Of a stretch of DNA of 64,000 bases, positions 1 through 8,239 are shown piece after piece. Below the pieces are notes generated by a model that was not told the origin of the DNA, made no database searches, and worked only from the letters and a program-made list of their open reading frames with translations. The stretch spans positions 1,728-65,727 of the forward strand of contig JAZORU010000030.1 in the NCBI GenBank assembly GCA_045656765.1, written 5' to 3'. Source of the stretch: Eubacteriales bacterium (lineage in GTDB: Bacteria; Bacillota; Clostridia; Oscillospirales; CAG-272). Position 1 is the stretch's first letter. Every line of letters begins with the position of its first letter. Both the position numbers and the translations under genes were made by a program.

Positions 1-123
1 GAATTTCGCTTTTTGTAAATATATAAATTATACTTTTATTAACATTTTAAGGCAAAAATCGATAATTTTTTAACAATTTTTCGGCTTTTGCAGTCAAAAC
101 GGACGTCTGCACCGAAAAACAGG

Positions 124-1569
124 CTATTTTATATAACCGAGCGAGCGGTTTGCCGCCCGCTTGTTGCGCTCGAAAATTTCGGAATATGCTTCGGTTCCCG
201 TGCACGCATCCGAAAATGCGGAAAGCGTAGCCTTTGAGAAATTCGCAAACTCATCGGTATAATAAAGAGTAAAATCGGTGCGCTCTGCCGCGAAGAGACG
301 GGAGAGCATATCCATGCTCTTTTCGTTTCTGACGTAGTGATTGAAATAGGTGTCAAAATATGCCGCGTCTATTATCTTATACGATGAAGCAAAGACAGAC
401 TCAATAAAAACGCCCGTTTTTGCAAGGTCAGCGGATGTGCTCGGATAACAGATAACGCGAAGCGACTTCGTGTGAGGAAGTGCGTGTCCCGTGCCGGATA
501 CGGTAGGCAGAGGAAGAACTCCCCATACGTCAGGCATATTGTAAATTTTTTCTATCGCTTCAAGCTTTGATGCCAAAAACAGTCCTTTCCCCGAAGCGAA
601 CGCACTCTCGGCAGTCGTATCCTCTACGCTTGCCGCAAAGTAAGCCCCCGAGCCTGTAAGCTCGCGCAGCTTTGCCGAGACGGCATCAAGGATTTCGGTA
701 TTGTCCCGCACTGTAAGCGAGCCGTCAAGCTCGACACTGTCAACACCCGAGGCAACGTAAGCCGATGAGAAAAGGTCGCTTGAGTCTGAGTTAAGCATTC
801 CGTATAGCTTGCTCTCGTCGGTGGATGCCGCCTGCGCGGCTTTTGCAAGCTCGGTCATTTTATCATATGTCCACTCGCCCGAGTAAACAAGCCCCTCAAG
901 CTCTGCAAGCCCGAGTCTTTCTCTCAATGCCTCGTTATAGAAAACCGCGCTCATCTGCCCGTAGTCTCGCAAGGCCTCACCGTAAAGCGCGTACAGCCCC
1001 GACGGTGTTTTCATCTCCTCGCAAAAAGCAGAGTCGTAGTATGGCTTGCCTGTGTCTACGTAAGGAAGTGCCTCGATGCTGCCTATCATGCCGTTGTAAG
1101 CAAGCGAGCCGACGTGCCGCCCTTCAACGTGCAAAAGGTGAGTGTATACGGAAGCCGAGTTGCTTGCTTTTTTCATGCTCTCAAATATATTGTCTATGCT
1201 GTCGGTTGCCGTGACTATATTGACGTGAAGTCTCTCGGCGATATATTTGAGCCTCATGTACTTTTCTTTTGAAACGGTCGTCGCGCCTACGCTTTCACCG
1301 AAAACACCCTTGCTGTCGGTAGAGGTGATTATAAAGGTCATTCCCTCAAAATCAAGCTTGGGCGCGGCGCTGAGAGCCGCCTCTGCCTCCGCCATAGCCT
1401 CGGATAGTCTGTCGGGCAGGGAAGTGTCGGGGGCGCTTGGCGACTCTCCCTCAAGCGTACCGCCGCCAAAACAAGCGTCCGTTCCTTGCACCGCCGAGCC
1501 TGCGCCCGAGCAAGCGGTAACGAACAGCATCACGAGAAGGATGCATAAAGCCGTGTTTAATCTTTTCAA
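124..1569 (-). CDS. Extracellular solute-binding lipoprotein (ABC sugar-binding-like), no adjacent permeases seen in window
   Basis: 481-aa ORF; lipobox VTAC after hydrophobic signal; GEWTYDKM and WGVLPLP motifs typical of SBP family 1 proteins. Confidence 0.7.
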   Translation of the reverse strand: MKRLNTALCILLVMLFVTACSGAGSAVQGTDACFGGGTLEGESPSAPDTSLPDRLSEAMAEAEAALSAAPKLDFEGMTFIITSTDSKGVFGESVGATTVSKEKYMRLKYIAERLHVNIVTATDSIDNIFESMKKASNSASVYTHLLHVEGRHVGSLAYNGMIGSIEALPYVDTGKPYYDSAFCEEMKTPSGLYALYGEALRDYGQMSAVFYNEALRERLGLAELEGLVYSGEWTYDKMTELAKAAQAASTDESKLYGMLNSDSSDLFSSAYVASGVDSVELDGSLTVRDNTEILDAVSAKLRELTGSGAYFAASVEDTTAESAFASGKGLFLASKLEAIEKIYNMPDVWGVLPLPTVSGTGHALPHTKSLRVICYPSTSADLAKTGVFIESVFASSYKIIDAAYFDTYFNHYVRNEKSMDMLSRLFAAERTDFTLYYTDEFANFSKATLSAFSDACTGTEAYSEIFERNKRAANRSLGYIK

Positions 1570-1590
1570 AATCTATACCTCGAAAATACA

Positions 1591-1748
1591 ACTATGATTG
1601 CCCTGCGGGCAAGTTATGAGTTATGATTGGCTTCGCCAAGTTATGATGTGCCTTCGGCACAGTTTGAAAATACAAGGCAATCATATCATAACGCGAGGCG
1701 CAGCCTCGCTTATAACGGCAAGCGCAAGCGAGCCTTATAACTCTAAAC
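1591..1748. repeat. Intergenic multi-hairpin repeat element (GTTATGA(T) / (A)TCATAAC-TTATAAC units separated by GC hairpins)
   Basis: GTTATGA at 1613, 1620, 1640; ATCATAAC 1685; TTATAAC 1710, 1735; hairpins TTGCCC-tgc-GGGCAA, TTGGC-ttc-GCCAA, TGTGCC-ttc-GGCACA, GCGAGGC-gca-GCCTCGC. Confidence 0.75.
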
Positions 1749-1754
1749 TTTTAT

Positions 1755-3095
1755 CTATCTCCGTCCGCCCGTATAGGAGCGCGGACGGGTGTTGCGACGA
1801 CGTCTTTTTTCACGTTTGTAGCTGTTAAACAGTACAAATCCGACCGTCACGACAACCAATGCTATAGCGGTGCATATAAAAAACTTGCTTTGAGTGAATT
1901 CCTTTATCCCCTCAAGTGCGGACAAAAACGCGCTTTTTTCGACCTCGTTCTGTGTCACGAGCGTGACCGTCCCGAGAAGCTCGTCTCTGTAGTATACCGA
2001 TATGTGCCCAGCTTCCAAGCCCGCTTCAACGGGCGCGGTGAGCTTTTCGTTTGTAAGCGTATAGGAATAACTGATATCATTCTCGAAGCTTACGTCAACA
2101 GGCAAAAACGCCTTTATCTCTCCACTCGGAACGAGCATGACCTTGTCGGTCTTTTCGCTCAGCTCGACGGGGATATCGTAAACGAGCTTGTCCGTGCCGA
2201 GCACCTTAACGTAGCCGAAGCCGTCAAGCGCGTAGCTGCAAAGCGACCTTGCCGCGTCAAAAGCGTAGATATGCTCCTGCGCGTCCTGCTCTCCGCCGAG
2301 AATTACGCAGATATATGAAAGCCCGTCTCGCTCGCATAGCGTAACGAAGGAGTCTCCGCCTTCCTCGGTCGAGCCGTACATAATGCCTTTTGCATTCGGA
2401 TAGTAGTATTCTATTGTTCCCATGCTGTTAAGCTTGGATATAAACGCGTTTCGCGTGTATATATCTCTCTTCGTGCAGTCTGCCGTACCCTCTATCGTGT
2501 GCTTCGGTGTGCTTGACATCGAAAGAAGCTCCGGGTATGAGCAAAACAGTCGGGCAGCCTTTGCCTGATCGCGTGCCGTCGTATGCATTGCCTCGTCGTG
2601 CATACCCGTCGGGTTTGTGTAACGGGTGGATCTCATCCCAAGCTCGCTTGCACGGCGGTTCATCTCGGAAACGAAAGCCTCGGTCGAGCCGTACGCCGTA
2701 TGTACTAACACGTAGGTCGCATCGTTTGCTCCCTTCAGCAGCATCGCATAGAACAGGTCGCGCACCGAAATTCGCTCGCCCGCTTCAATAGCTATGTAGT
2801 TACCGCGCGACTCGGCTATCATTTCCCTCGTTACCGTAATCTTCTCGTCCATTCGGTCGCGGAGAGCCTCGTATGCGACTACGCTCGTCATTATCTTGAC
2901 CGCCGCCGACGGATATTTCACGGTATCTGCTTCGTAGGCAAATATTTCTTTTTCGTTTTCCAAATTAAAAAGGAAAGCCGCCCCCACGTGCTCGGTGCTC
3001 GGCGCTTCAAGAGCACAAGCTCCGACGGCGGCAAAAGAAAACAGCAATAGTACCGACAAAAAAACGCTTATTGCCGCAATAATTCTTTTGTGCAT
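1755..3095 (-). CDS. D-alanyl-D-alanine carboxypeptidase (peptidase S11, DacA/DacF-like)
   Basis: Signal peptide, YPSAAVKIMT (variant of the SxxK region), GANDA, YTNPTGMH, PBP5 C-terminal domain, C-terminal TM; start moved to ATG 3095 behind AAGGA RBS. Catalytic motifs look degenerate. Confidence 0.8.
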   Translation of the reverse strand: MHKRIIAAISVFLSVLLLFSFAAVGACALEAPSTEHVGAAFLFNLENEKEIFAYEADTVKYPSAAVKIMTSVVAYEALRDRMDEKITVTREMIAESRGNYIAIEAGERISVRDLFYAMLLKGANDATYVLVHTAYGSTEAFVSEMNRRASELGMRSTRYTNPTGMHDEAMHTTARDQAKAARLFCSYPELLSMSSTPKHTIEGTADCTKRDIYTRNAFISKLNSMGTIEYYYPNAKGIMYGSTEEGGDSFVTLCERDGLSYICVILGGEQDAQEHIYAFDAARSLCSYALDGFGYVKVLGTDKLVYDIPVELSEKTDKVMLVPSGEIKAFLPVDVSFENDISYSYTLTNEKLTAPVEAGLEAGHISVYYRDELLGTVTLVTQNEVEKSAFLSALEGIKEFTQSKFFICTAIALVVVTVGFVLFNSYKREKRRRRNTRPRSYTGGRR

Positions 3096-3097
3096 TT

Positions 3098-3520
3098 TTA
3101 TTGTTCCTTGCTTTCGGTTTTTTTGCATTGTCTGAAAAACTCTCTTGCACGCTCGGCGTCGGCCGCAATCTGCCTGCGAAGCTCGTCTACCGAGTTAAAT
3201 TCCGTCTCTTTTCGCAAAAAGCACAGAAGCGAGGTCTTTATCCCGCGTCCGTACAAGTCTCCCGAATAGCCAAATATATGGCTCTCGCAGTTCGGCTCTT
3301 CTCCCGACACGGTCGGACGAACACCTACGTTTGAGACGGCTTCATAGCGTTTGCCGTCAACCTCAACCTCGGAGGCGTATATCCCGAAAGGAATGTCTGC
3401 CCCGCGCGGAAGCTTCTGGTTTGCGGTAGGGAAGCCCATCGCTCTGCCAAGCTGCTTGCCCGCCTCAACCTTGCCGTTTAGCGTGTAGAGTATGGGCGCG
3501 CCTTTTTCTTTAGCTTGCAC
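3098..3520 (-). CDS. Riboflavin kinase domain protein (stand-alone RibF C-terminal module)
   Basis: GKQLGRAMGFPTAN, SNVGVRPTV, ESHIFGYSGDLYG, FLRKETEF motifs; only 140 aa, no FAD-synthetase domain. Confidence 0.85.
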   Translation of the reverse strand: MQAKEKGAPILYTLNGKVEAGKQLGRAMGFPTANQKLPRGADIPFGIYASEVEVDGKRYEAVSNVGVRPTVSGEEPNCESHIFGYSGDLYGRGIKTSLLCFLRKETEFNSVDELRRQIAADAERAREFFRQCKKTESKEQ

Positions 3521-3522
3521 CG

Positions 3523-3777
3523 TTATACTCCGAGATAGTGAGCAAGAATGGTGTTAAGAATCTCGTCGCGGTCAAGCTTACGGATAAGCGTGCGCGCGCT
3601 GTTGTGGTTCGTGATGTAGGTCGGGTCCTCCGAGAGAAGATATCCTACTATCTGGTTTATCGGATTGTATCCCTTTTCAACTAAAGCATCGTATACCGTG
3701 GCAAGCGTTCTTTTCATTTCCGTATCCTTCTCGTTTCTGATGCGGAAGGTTTGAGTCTTTTCTTTTTCGTTATGCAT
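3523..3777 (-). CDS. ireB: IreB family regulatory phosphoprotein (DUF965)
   Basis: [35 protein letters not shown] signature; ATG 3777 with AAGGA RBS. Confidence 0.9.
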   Translation of the reverse strand: MHNEKEKTQTFRIRNEKDTEMKRTLATVYDALVEKGYNPINQIVGYLLSEDPTYITNHNSARTLIRKLDRDEILNTILAHYLGV

Positions 3778-3993
3778 ATCTATGTTTCCTTTCGAAATAG
3801 TTTTTCTTGTTTTTGGACAGAGTCGTTTTGCCCGTCTCTCTATCATATTAACATTATATAATATTTCATTAAAATATTCAAGTTAAATTTTTATGTATTA
3901 AGGTTCGAATACTGAATTTTCCGCAATTTCCGCAGGGCTCTTTACTTTTTCTTTGGATTATGATATAATGCTACTCACAACAGGGGGATTACT

Positions 3994-4458
3994 ATGTCTT
4001 GGATTTTTGACTTGATGAGCAACCGTTTTTTTGTAACTGCAATATCATCTTGGGCGATAGCACAGGTGTTTAAAGTAATTATTCACGCTTTTATTACGCG
4101 TAGCTTTGATATAAAACGTCTTTTCGGTGACGGCGGAATGCCATCGGGCCACAGCGCCACCGCATCCTCGCTTGCCGTAGCTGCGGCTCTCTCATACGGC
4201 TTTTCAAGCTTTGAATTTGCCCTCTCCTGCATCTTCGCAATAGTAGTCTGCCACGACGCTATGGGTGTCAGACGGGAAACGGGTAAGCAAGCGGTCGTGC
4301 TTAATGAAATTATCAAAACCTTCAGTATTATTTCGAACAAAAAGCTTCCCGAGGAAAACCTAAAGGAATTCGTCGGCCACTCGCCCGTTCAGGTAACGGC
4401 AGGCATTATTATCGGTGTCTCAAACGCCCTCGTGCTAAATTGGCTTTTCTTTGCATAG
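3994..4458 (+). CDS. Divergent PAP2 family protein (DUF212/YuiD-like)
   Basis: GGMPSGHSA, HDAMGVRRETGKQA, LKEFVGHSPVQV motifs. Confidence 0.9.
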   Translation: MSWIFDLMSNRFFVTAISSWAIAQVFKVIIHAFITRSFDIKRLFGDGGMPSGHSATASSLAVAAALSYGFSSFEFALSCIFAIVVCHDAMGVRRETGKQAVVLNEIIKTFSIISNKKLPEENLKEFVGHSPVQVTAGIIIGVSNALVLNWLFFA

Positions 4459-4586
4459 AACAGCCAAAGCAGCCATATTGAAGAAAAAAACAACAAAAGC
4501 TTCCCGCAGGACAAACAGGTCGTGCAGGAAGCTTTTTATGTCGCATAGGAAATTACGCAGAAATTTCACAAAGCAACCCTTCGCCT

Positions 4587-4614
4587 TGTCATCCTTGAGC
4601 GAAGCGAAGGATCT
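4587..4614. repeat. Single REP-like palindromic unit TGTCATCCTTGAGCGAAGCGAAGGATCT
   Basis: ATCCTT...AAGGAT stem around GAGCGAAGCG; resembles (from memory) the widespread GTCATCCTGAGCGAAGCGAAGGATCT palindrome class; only one copy in window. Confidence 0.5.
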
Positions 4615-4846
4615 TACTATTAGCAAACATACTAACAACTGAACCAAAACCATATAAACGGCTTGAAGTGATAAAACAATTGACAACATTTAACAGAGAA
4701 ACTATTTTAGCAGAACTTTCAGACGTTTAATTTGAAAAACGAACCAAAAACATATAAAAAAGGAAAAGTACAATAAAAAATAACGATTTGGTTCACAACT
4801 AATTATAACGTATATATGCAGACCAAATGTCAAATAATTTTAGAAA

Positions 4847-4877
4847 AGGGATAATTCGCAAGTCGCGAATTATCCCT
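4847..4877. terminator. Strong hairpin, likely terminator for the ParB/Noc-like gene
   Basis: AGGGATAATTCGC-aagtc-GCGAATTATCCCT perfect 13-bp stem; T-run follows on minus strand. Confidence 0.7.
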
Positions 4878-4981
4878 ATGTTAGATATTTTTGAAAAAGT
4901 AACGGTAGACCTTTTTGTATAATTTTTGATTATTTTATATATTGTTTTCTTTTTCGTGGTTTGGACATTTTTAACATCCCC

Positions 4982-6112
4982 TTACTCCTTCGGTATTGTT
5001 ATGGTGATAACAGTACTCCCCTCGTCATCCTCTCTTTTCTGTGCGCCGATGCTGTATCCTGCCGCGCGCATAACGTCAAGTGCCCTCTCTATCGTATTAT
5101 AAAAGATGCGGATATCGCGTATAAGACAGCAGGACGACTTTGACGTAGATTTTTTCAGTTTCTTTTTGAGGCAGGAAAGCACAAGCGCGTCGGTTGAGCA
5201 GTCGTCAAGGCGCTCCCTTATCGTGCGGTCGAGCATTTTTGCACGAACCGTTCTGTCCTCTATGTTCAAGAGACTGCTTGCTTGGCGCTCGCTCAGAGCC
5301 GCTTCTCTTATCCTGCGGCGCTCTGCCTCGCTCCATTCAAGCAGGTGAAGCTTCTCTGCAACGAACGCTTCTGCAACGCAAAGGCGCGCGGCAACCGAGC
5401 AAACGTCAAGGTTGTATTTCGCTGCGAGCTTTCCCATGCTTTCCGCTATGTCGAGATAGTTCATCTCCACGGTCTGCAGGTTTTCGCACAGCATCATCGC
5501 ATCGCTTTTCTGTCGGTCGGTGGATATCACGATGCAGTTTACGTTTTTGTATCCGAGAAGCCGCACGGCGCGAAGTCTGCGCTCTCCGCATATAAGCTCG
5601 TACGTACCGTCGGGCATATCCCGCACGGTCAGGGGGTGTATAACTCCGTATTTGTTTATGCTCTGCGCCAGTGCCGTAATGCTCTCGGGCGAATAATACT
5701 TGCGGTTAGGATAGCCGTAGCTTTTTATTTTCGCCACGGGAACGCTGTAGACAGCAATACCCGACGGACATAGACTCCGCGGCATTTCCTTTATTTTTGT
5801 GGCGGCATGGGACAATCCTCTCACCTCGCCCACGGCACGCTTTTGACTTCCCGAGGTAATATTCATGTATTCTCGCTCCTTTTTCGGTGTTTTAGACTTT
5901 ATCGGATATATTTTATCACCGTTTTTGCGCGAAAAAGCGCGAAGCGTGTTTCCCTTGCAGAAATTTTTGAGAAAATTGCGTATTTTTTTGTGCGTGCGCA
6001 GCTCTTCGTTTTTAGTCAAGCCTTCTTGTGTATTCTGCGGCGCACCCTCTGATTGCTCGGTTTCGTTTGTTTCTTCCTCTTTTAAAAAATCGCTTTCGTA
6101 GGTTTTCGACAT
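4982..6112 (-). CDS. ParB/Spo0J family protein, Noc-like, with long N-terminal extension
   Basis: LAQSINKYGVIHPLTVR, YELICGERRLRA, ENLQ motifs, HTH region, C-terminal IRDIRIFYNTIERALDVMRAAG (Noc-like); own promoter and AAGGA RBS. Confidence 0.8.
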   Translation of the reverse strand: MSKTYESDFLKEEETNETEQSEGAPQNTQEGLTKNEELRTHKKIRNFLKNFCKGNTLRAFSRKNGDKIYPIKSKTPKKEREYMNITSGSQKRAVGEVRGLSHAATKIKEMPRSLCPSGIAVYSVPVAKIKSYGYPNRKYYSPESITALAQSINKYGVIHPLTVRDMPDGTYELICGERRLRAVRLLGYKNVNCIVISTDRQKSDAMMLCENLQTVEMNYLDIAESMGKLAAKYNLDVCSVAARLCVAEAFVAEKLHLLEWSEAERRRIREAALSERQASSLLNIEDRTVRAKMLDRTIRERLDDCSTDALVLSCLKKKLKKSTSKSSCCLIRDIRIFYNTIERALDVMRAAGYSIGAQKREDDEGSTVITITIPKE

Positions 6113-6169
6113 ATTCGGTTACTTCCTTTCAAGCTCAATTGCACTTTAACCTTGCCTTTTTTTGTAATA

Positions 6170-6198
6170 ATTATATAATTGCTTTATATATAAGTCAA
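6170..6198 (-). promoter_or_regulatory. Sigma-A promoter of ParB/Noc-like gene
   Basis: Minus strand TTGACT (6198-6193), 17 nt spacer, TATAAT (6175-6170). Confidence 0.7.
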
Positions 6199-6270
6199 GT
6201 GCTATATAAAGAATACAGAAAGAGCAGCAGGGAAAAAGTATAATTATATTGAGAGGCGGGTGAACAAAAG

Positions 6271-6546
6271 ATGAGCAAAAACGTAGATTTTAAAAACCGA
6301 GACAGATTTATTCAGTTAGGAATTGCGATTGCCGCTTTGCGTAAAATGCGCGGTATGTCACAGGAAAAGCTTGCAGAAAAAGCTAACGTCAGCCGTTCAC
6401 ATATAAGTGCTATTGAAGCACCCGGATTGGTTCGTCCTTTTTCATTAGACGTGTTTTTTAATATTGCGGATGCTTTGGAGATAGACCCTGCCGATTTAAT
6501 TGATGCGGCAGTATTCCCCGACAAAATACTTAAAAGAAACAAATAA
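6271..6546 (+). CDS. XRE-family helix-turn-helix regulator
   Basis: LRKMRGMSQEKLAEKANVSRSHISAIE HTH_3 pattern, 91 aa. Confidence 0.9.
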   Translation: MSKNVDFKNRDRFIQLGIAIAALRKMRGMSQEKLAEKANVSRSHISAIEAPGLVRPFSLDVFFNIADALEIDPADLIDAAVFPDKILKRNK

Positions 6547-6645
6547 CAGGGCATGTTGTTAAGTCAAGTGCAACACTTTGTCAAACGGACGGTTGATACG
6601 GTATGCCCGCGAATTCAAAAAAGGGACAATTTCCTTCGTTTGTAC

Positions 6646-6674
6646 TTGACAAAACGGCTTTTGTATTGTATAAT
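6646..6674 (+). promoter_or_regulatory. Consensus sigma-A promoter of tRNA-Val
   Basis: TTGACA 6646-6651, 17 nt, TATAAT 6669-6674. Confidence 0.85.
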
Positions 6675-6693
6675 GTCAAAGCAAACAAAACAC

Positions 6694-6770
6694 GGAGGCA
6701 TAGCTCAGTTGGTTAGAGTACTTGCTTGACATGCAAGGGGTCGCAGATTCGAGTTCTGCTGTCTCCACCA
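6694..6770 (+). tRNA. tRNA-Val (GAC)
   Basis: GGAGGCA/TGTCTCC acceptor stem, TAGCTCAGTTGGTTAGAG D-arm, CTTGC-ttGACat-GCAAG anticodon arm, TTCGAGT T-loop, encoded CCA. Confidence 0.97.
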
Positions 6771-6895
6771 AAAAATTCCGCACGAAAGTGCGGGATTTTT
6801 ACTTATTACCTTTTACGTCTTCACTCTTACCTTGCCAAAAATTACGCAGGATTTTTTGAAAAGTAATAAGTAAAAGGTAATAGGTAAGAAGTGAG
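6771..6895. repeat. Terminator hairpin plus inverted heptamer-repeat element after tRNA-Val
   Basis: AAAAATTCCGCAC-gaaa-GTGCGGGATTTTT, then TTACTTATTACCTTTTAC facing AGTAATA-AGTAAAA-GGTAATA-GGTAAGA; related copy at 25818-25891. Confidence 0.65.
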
Positions 6896-7041
6896 GTAGC
6901 TTTTCGCCTTAGCGAAAAGCTTTTTTATTTTCCGTCAACCACCCAAACACAGCCGATTTTTGTTACGGCTGTGATTTTTTTTCATTTTAGGGTAAAATAG
7001 AAGCAGACGGAGACAGCTCCGCAAATCAACGGGAGGTTAAA

Positions 7042-7887
7042 ATGAAAAATCAAACGGTTACAAACGAGAGCATTGCGAGATTCGGAGAATTTTTGAAAAA
7101 AGAAGAAAAGGCAGAGGCAACCTGTGAGAAGTATATCCGCGATATATGCCGCTTTTCTCGGTTTTTGGCAGGGAAGCTTTTGAAAAAAGAGCTTGCAGTC
7201 GAGTACAAGGGTGAGCTTTTGTCGGGAGGATATTCCCCGCGAAGCGTAAACTCAATAATAGCCTCGCTCAACGCATACTTTGAATTTGCAGGTGCGCGCG
7301 AGTGCAAGCTAAAGACGCTAAAGCTTCAGCGGCAGATATACTGCCCCGAGGAAAAGGAGCTCACAAAGGCGGAGTACACGCGCCTCGTGCAAGCCGCCGC
7401 GAGAGCGGGCAACGAAAGGCTGAATTTGATAATTCAGACGATATGCGGCACGGGCATTCGTGTAAGCGAGCTGAAATTTATTACCGCGGAGGCGGTACGG
7501 GCAGGGGAAGCGATTGTCAGCTGCAAAGGCAAAACACGCTCTGTGTTTATAGTTCGGGCATTGCAGAAAAAACTGCTCTCATTTATTAAAAGAGAGGGTA
7601 TCCGCGAGGGATGCGTTTTCGTAACTCGCTCAAAAAAGCCTGTTTGCAGAACTAACGTATGGAAGGATATGAAGGCTCTTTGCAAGCAAGCCAACGTATC
7701 TCCGAGCAAAGTATTTCCGCATAACCTGCGCCACCTTTTTGCCCGCACCTTTTACGGAATCGAAAAGGACATAGCGAAGCTTGCCGACGTGCTCGGACAT
7801 TCAAGCATCGACACCACGAGAATATATATAATGACAAGCGGACAGGAGCACCGTCGCCGTATGGAAGGTATGCGCCTTATTATTTAA
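7042..7887 (+). CDS. Tyrosine recombinase (probable DNA invertase)
   Basis: N-terminal SAM-like domain; catalytic R in TGIRVSEL, HNLRH, LGHSSIDTTRIY; GGGAGG RBS; inverted repeat sites directly downstream. Confidence 0.95.
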   Translation: MKNQTVTNESIARFGEFLKKEEKAEATCEKYIRDICRFSRFLAGKLLKKELAVEYKGELLSGGYSPRSVNSIIASLNAYFEFAGARECKLKTLKLQRQIYCPEEKELTKAEYTRLVQAAARAGNERLNLIIQTICGTGIRVSELKFITAEAVRAGEAIVSCKGKTRSVFIVRALQKKLLSFIKREGIREGCVFVTRSKKPVCRTNVWKDMKALCKQANVSPSKVFPHNLRHLFARTFYGIEKDIAKLADVLGHSSIDTTRIYIMTSGQEHRRRMEGMRLII

Positions 7888-7908
7888 AAACATAATTCAG
7901 AAAAGAAA

Positions 7909-7931
7909 AAACGCCCAAAAAACAGGCGTTT
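7909..7931 (-). terminator. Hairpin with T-tract on minus strand, shielding the recombinase from the leftward promoter
   Basis: AAACGCC (7909-7915) / GGCGTTT (7925-7931); A-run at 7901-7910 gives a U-tract on the minus strand. Confidence 0.55.
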
Positions 7932-8000
7932 GAAACGTAATCCGTATTATGTAGTACATATGCTCTTGAAAAAATCGTTCGATATGACCGATTTCGGTTT

Positions 8001-8029
8001 ATTATACCTTGCTTTTTTTCGTATTTCAA
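8001..8029 (-). promoter_or_regulatory. Sigma-A promoter inside the invertible segment, currently pointing left (OFF for downstream genes)
   Basis: Minus strand TTGAAA (8029-8024), 17 nt, TATAAT (8006-8001). Confidence 0.8.
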
Positions 8030-8215
8030 TAGTTTTTTAAAAGTTTTCACTTTAAGTTGCTAAAGTCAAAAAATAGTGCACAAAATGCGCATAGAAACAA
8101 AGCCTTTTTTTGTAGCTTTTTAAAAAAAGGCTTTGTCTCTATGCTTTTTTGGTGGCTTTTGTGATTTAGGAATTTATCTTGCATTGTCTTTGCTACATAA
8201 TACGGATTACGTTGC

Positions 8216-8239
8216 GGCTGCCGGAGATGGCGGCTTTTT
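8216..8239 (+). terminator. Putative weak intrinsic terminator between sites R1 and R2
   Basis: GGCTGCC-ggagat-GGCGGCT stem (two G-U pairs) running into TTTTT. Confidence 0.6.

Noticed and set aside
4802..4833. Minus-strand promoter TTGACA...TATAAT
   Set aside because: Spacer is 20 nt, outside the normal 16-18.
7930..7957. The chromosomal dif site
   Set aside because: Three copies with mixed orientation next to a dedicated recombinase and around a promoter fit an inversion switch better.
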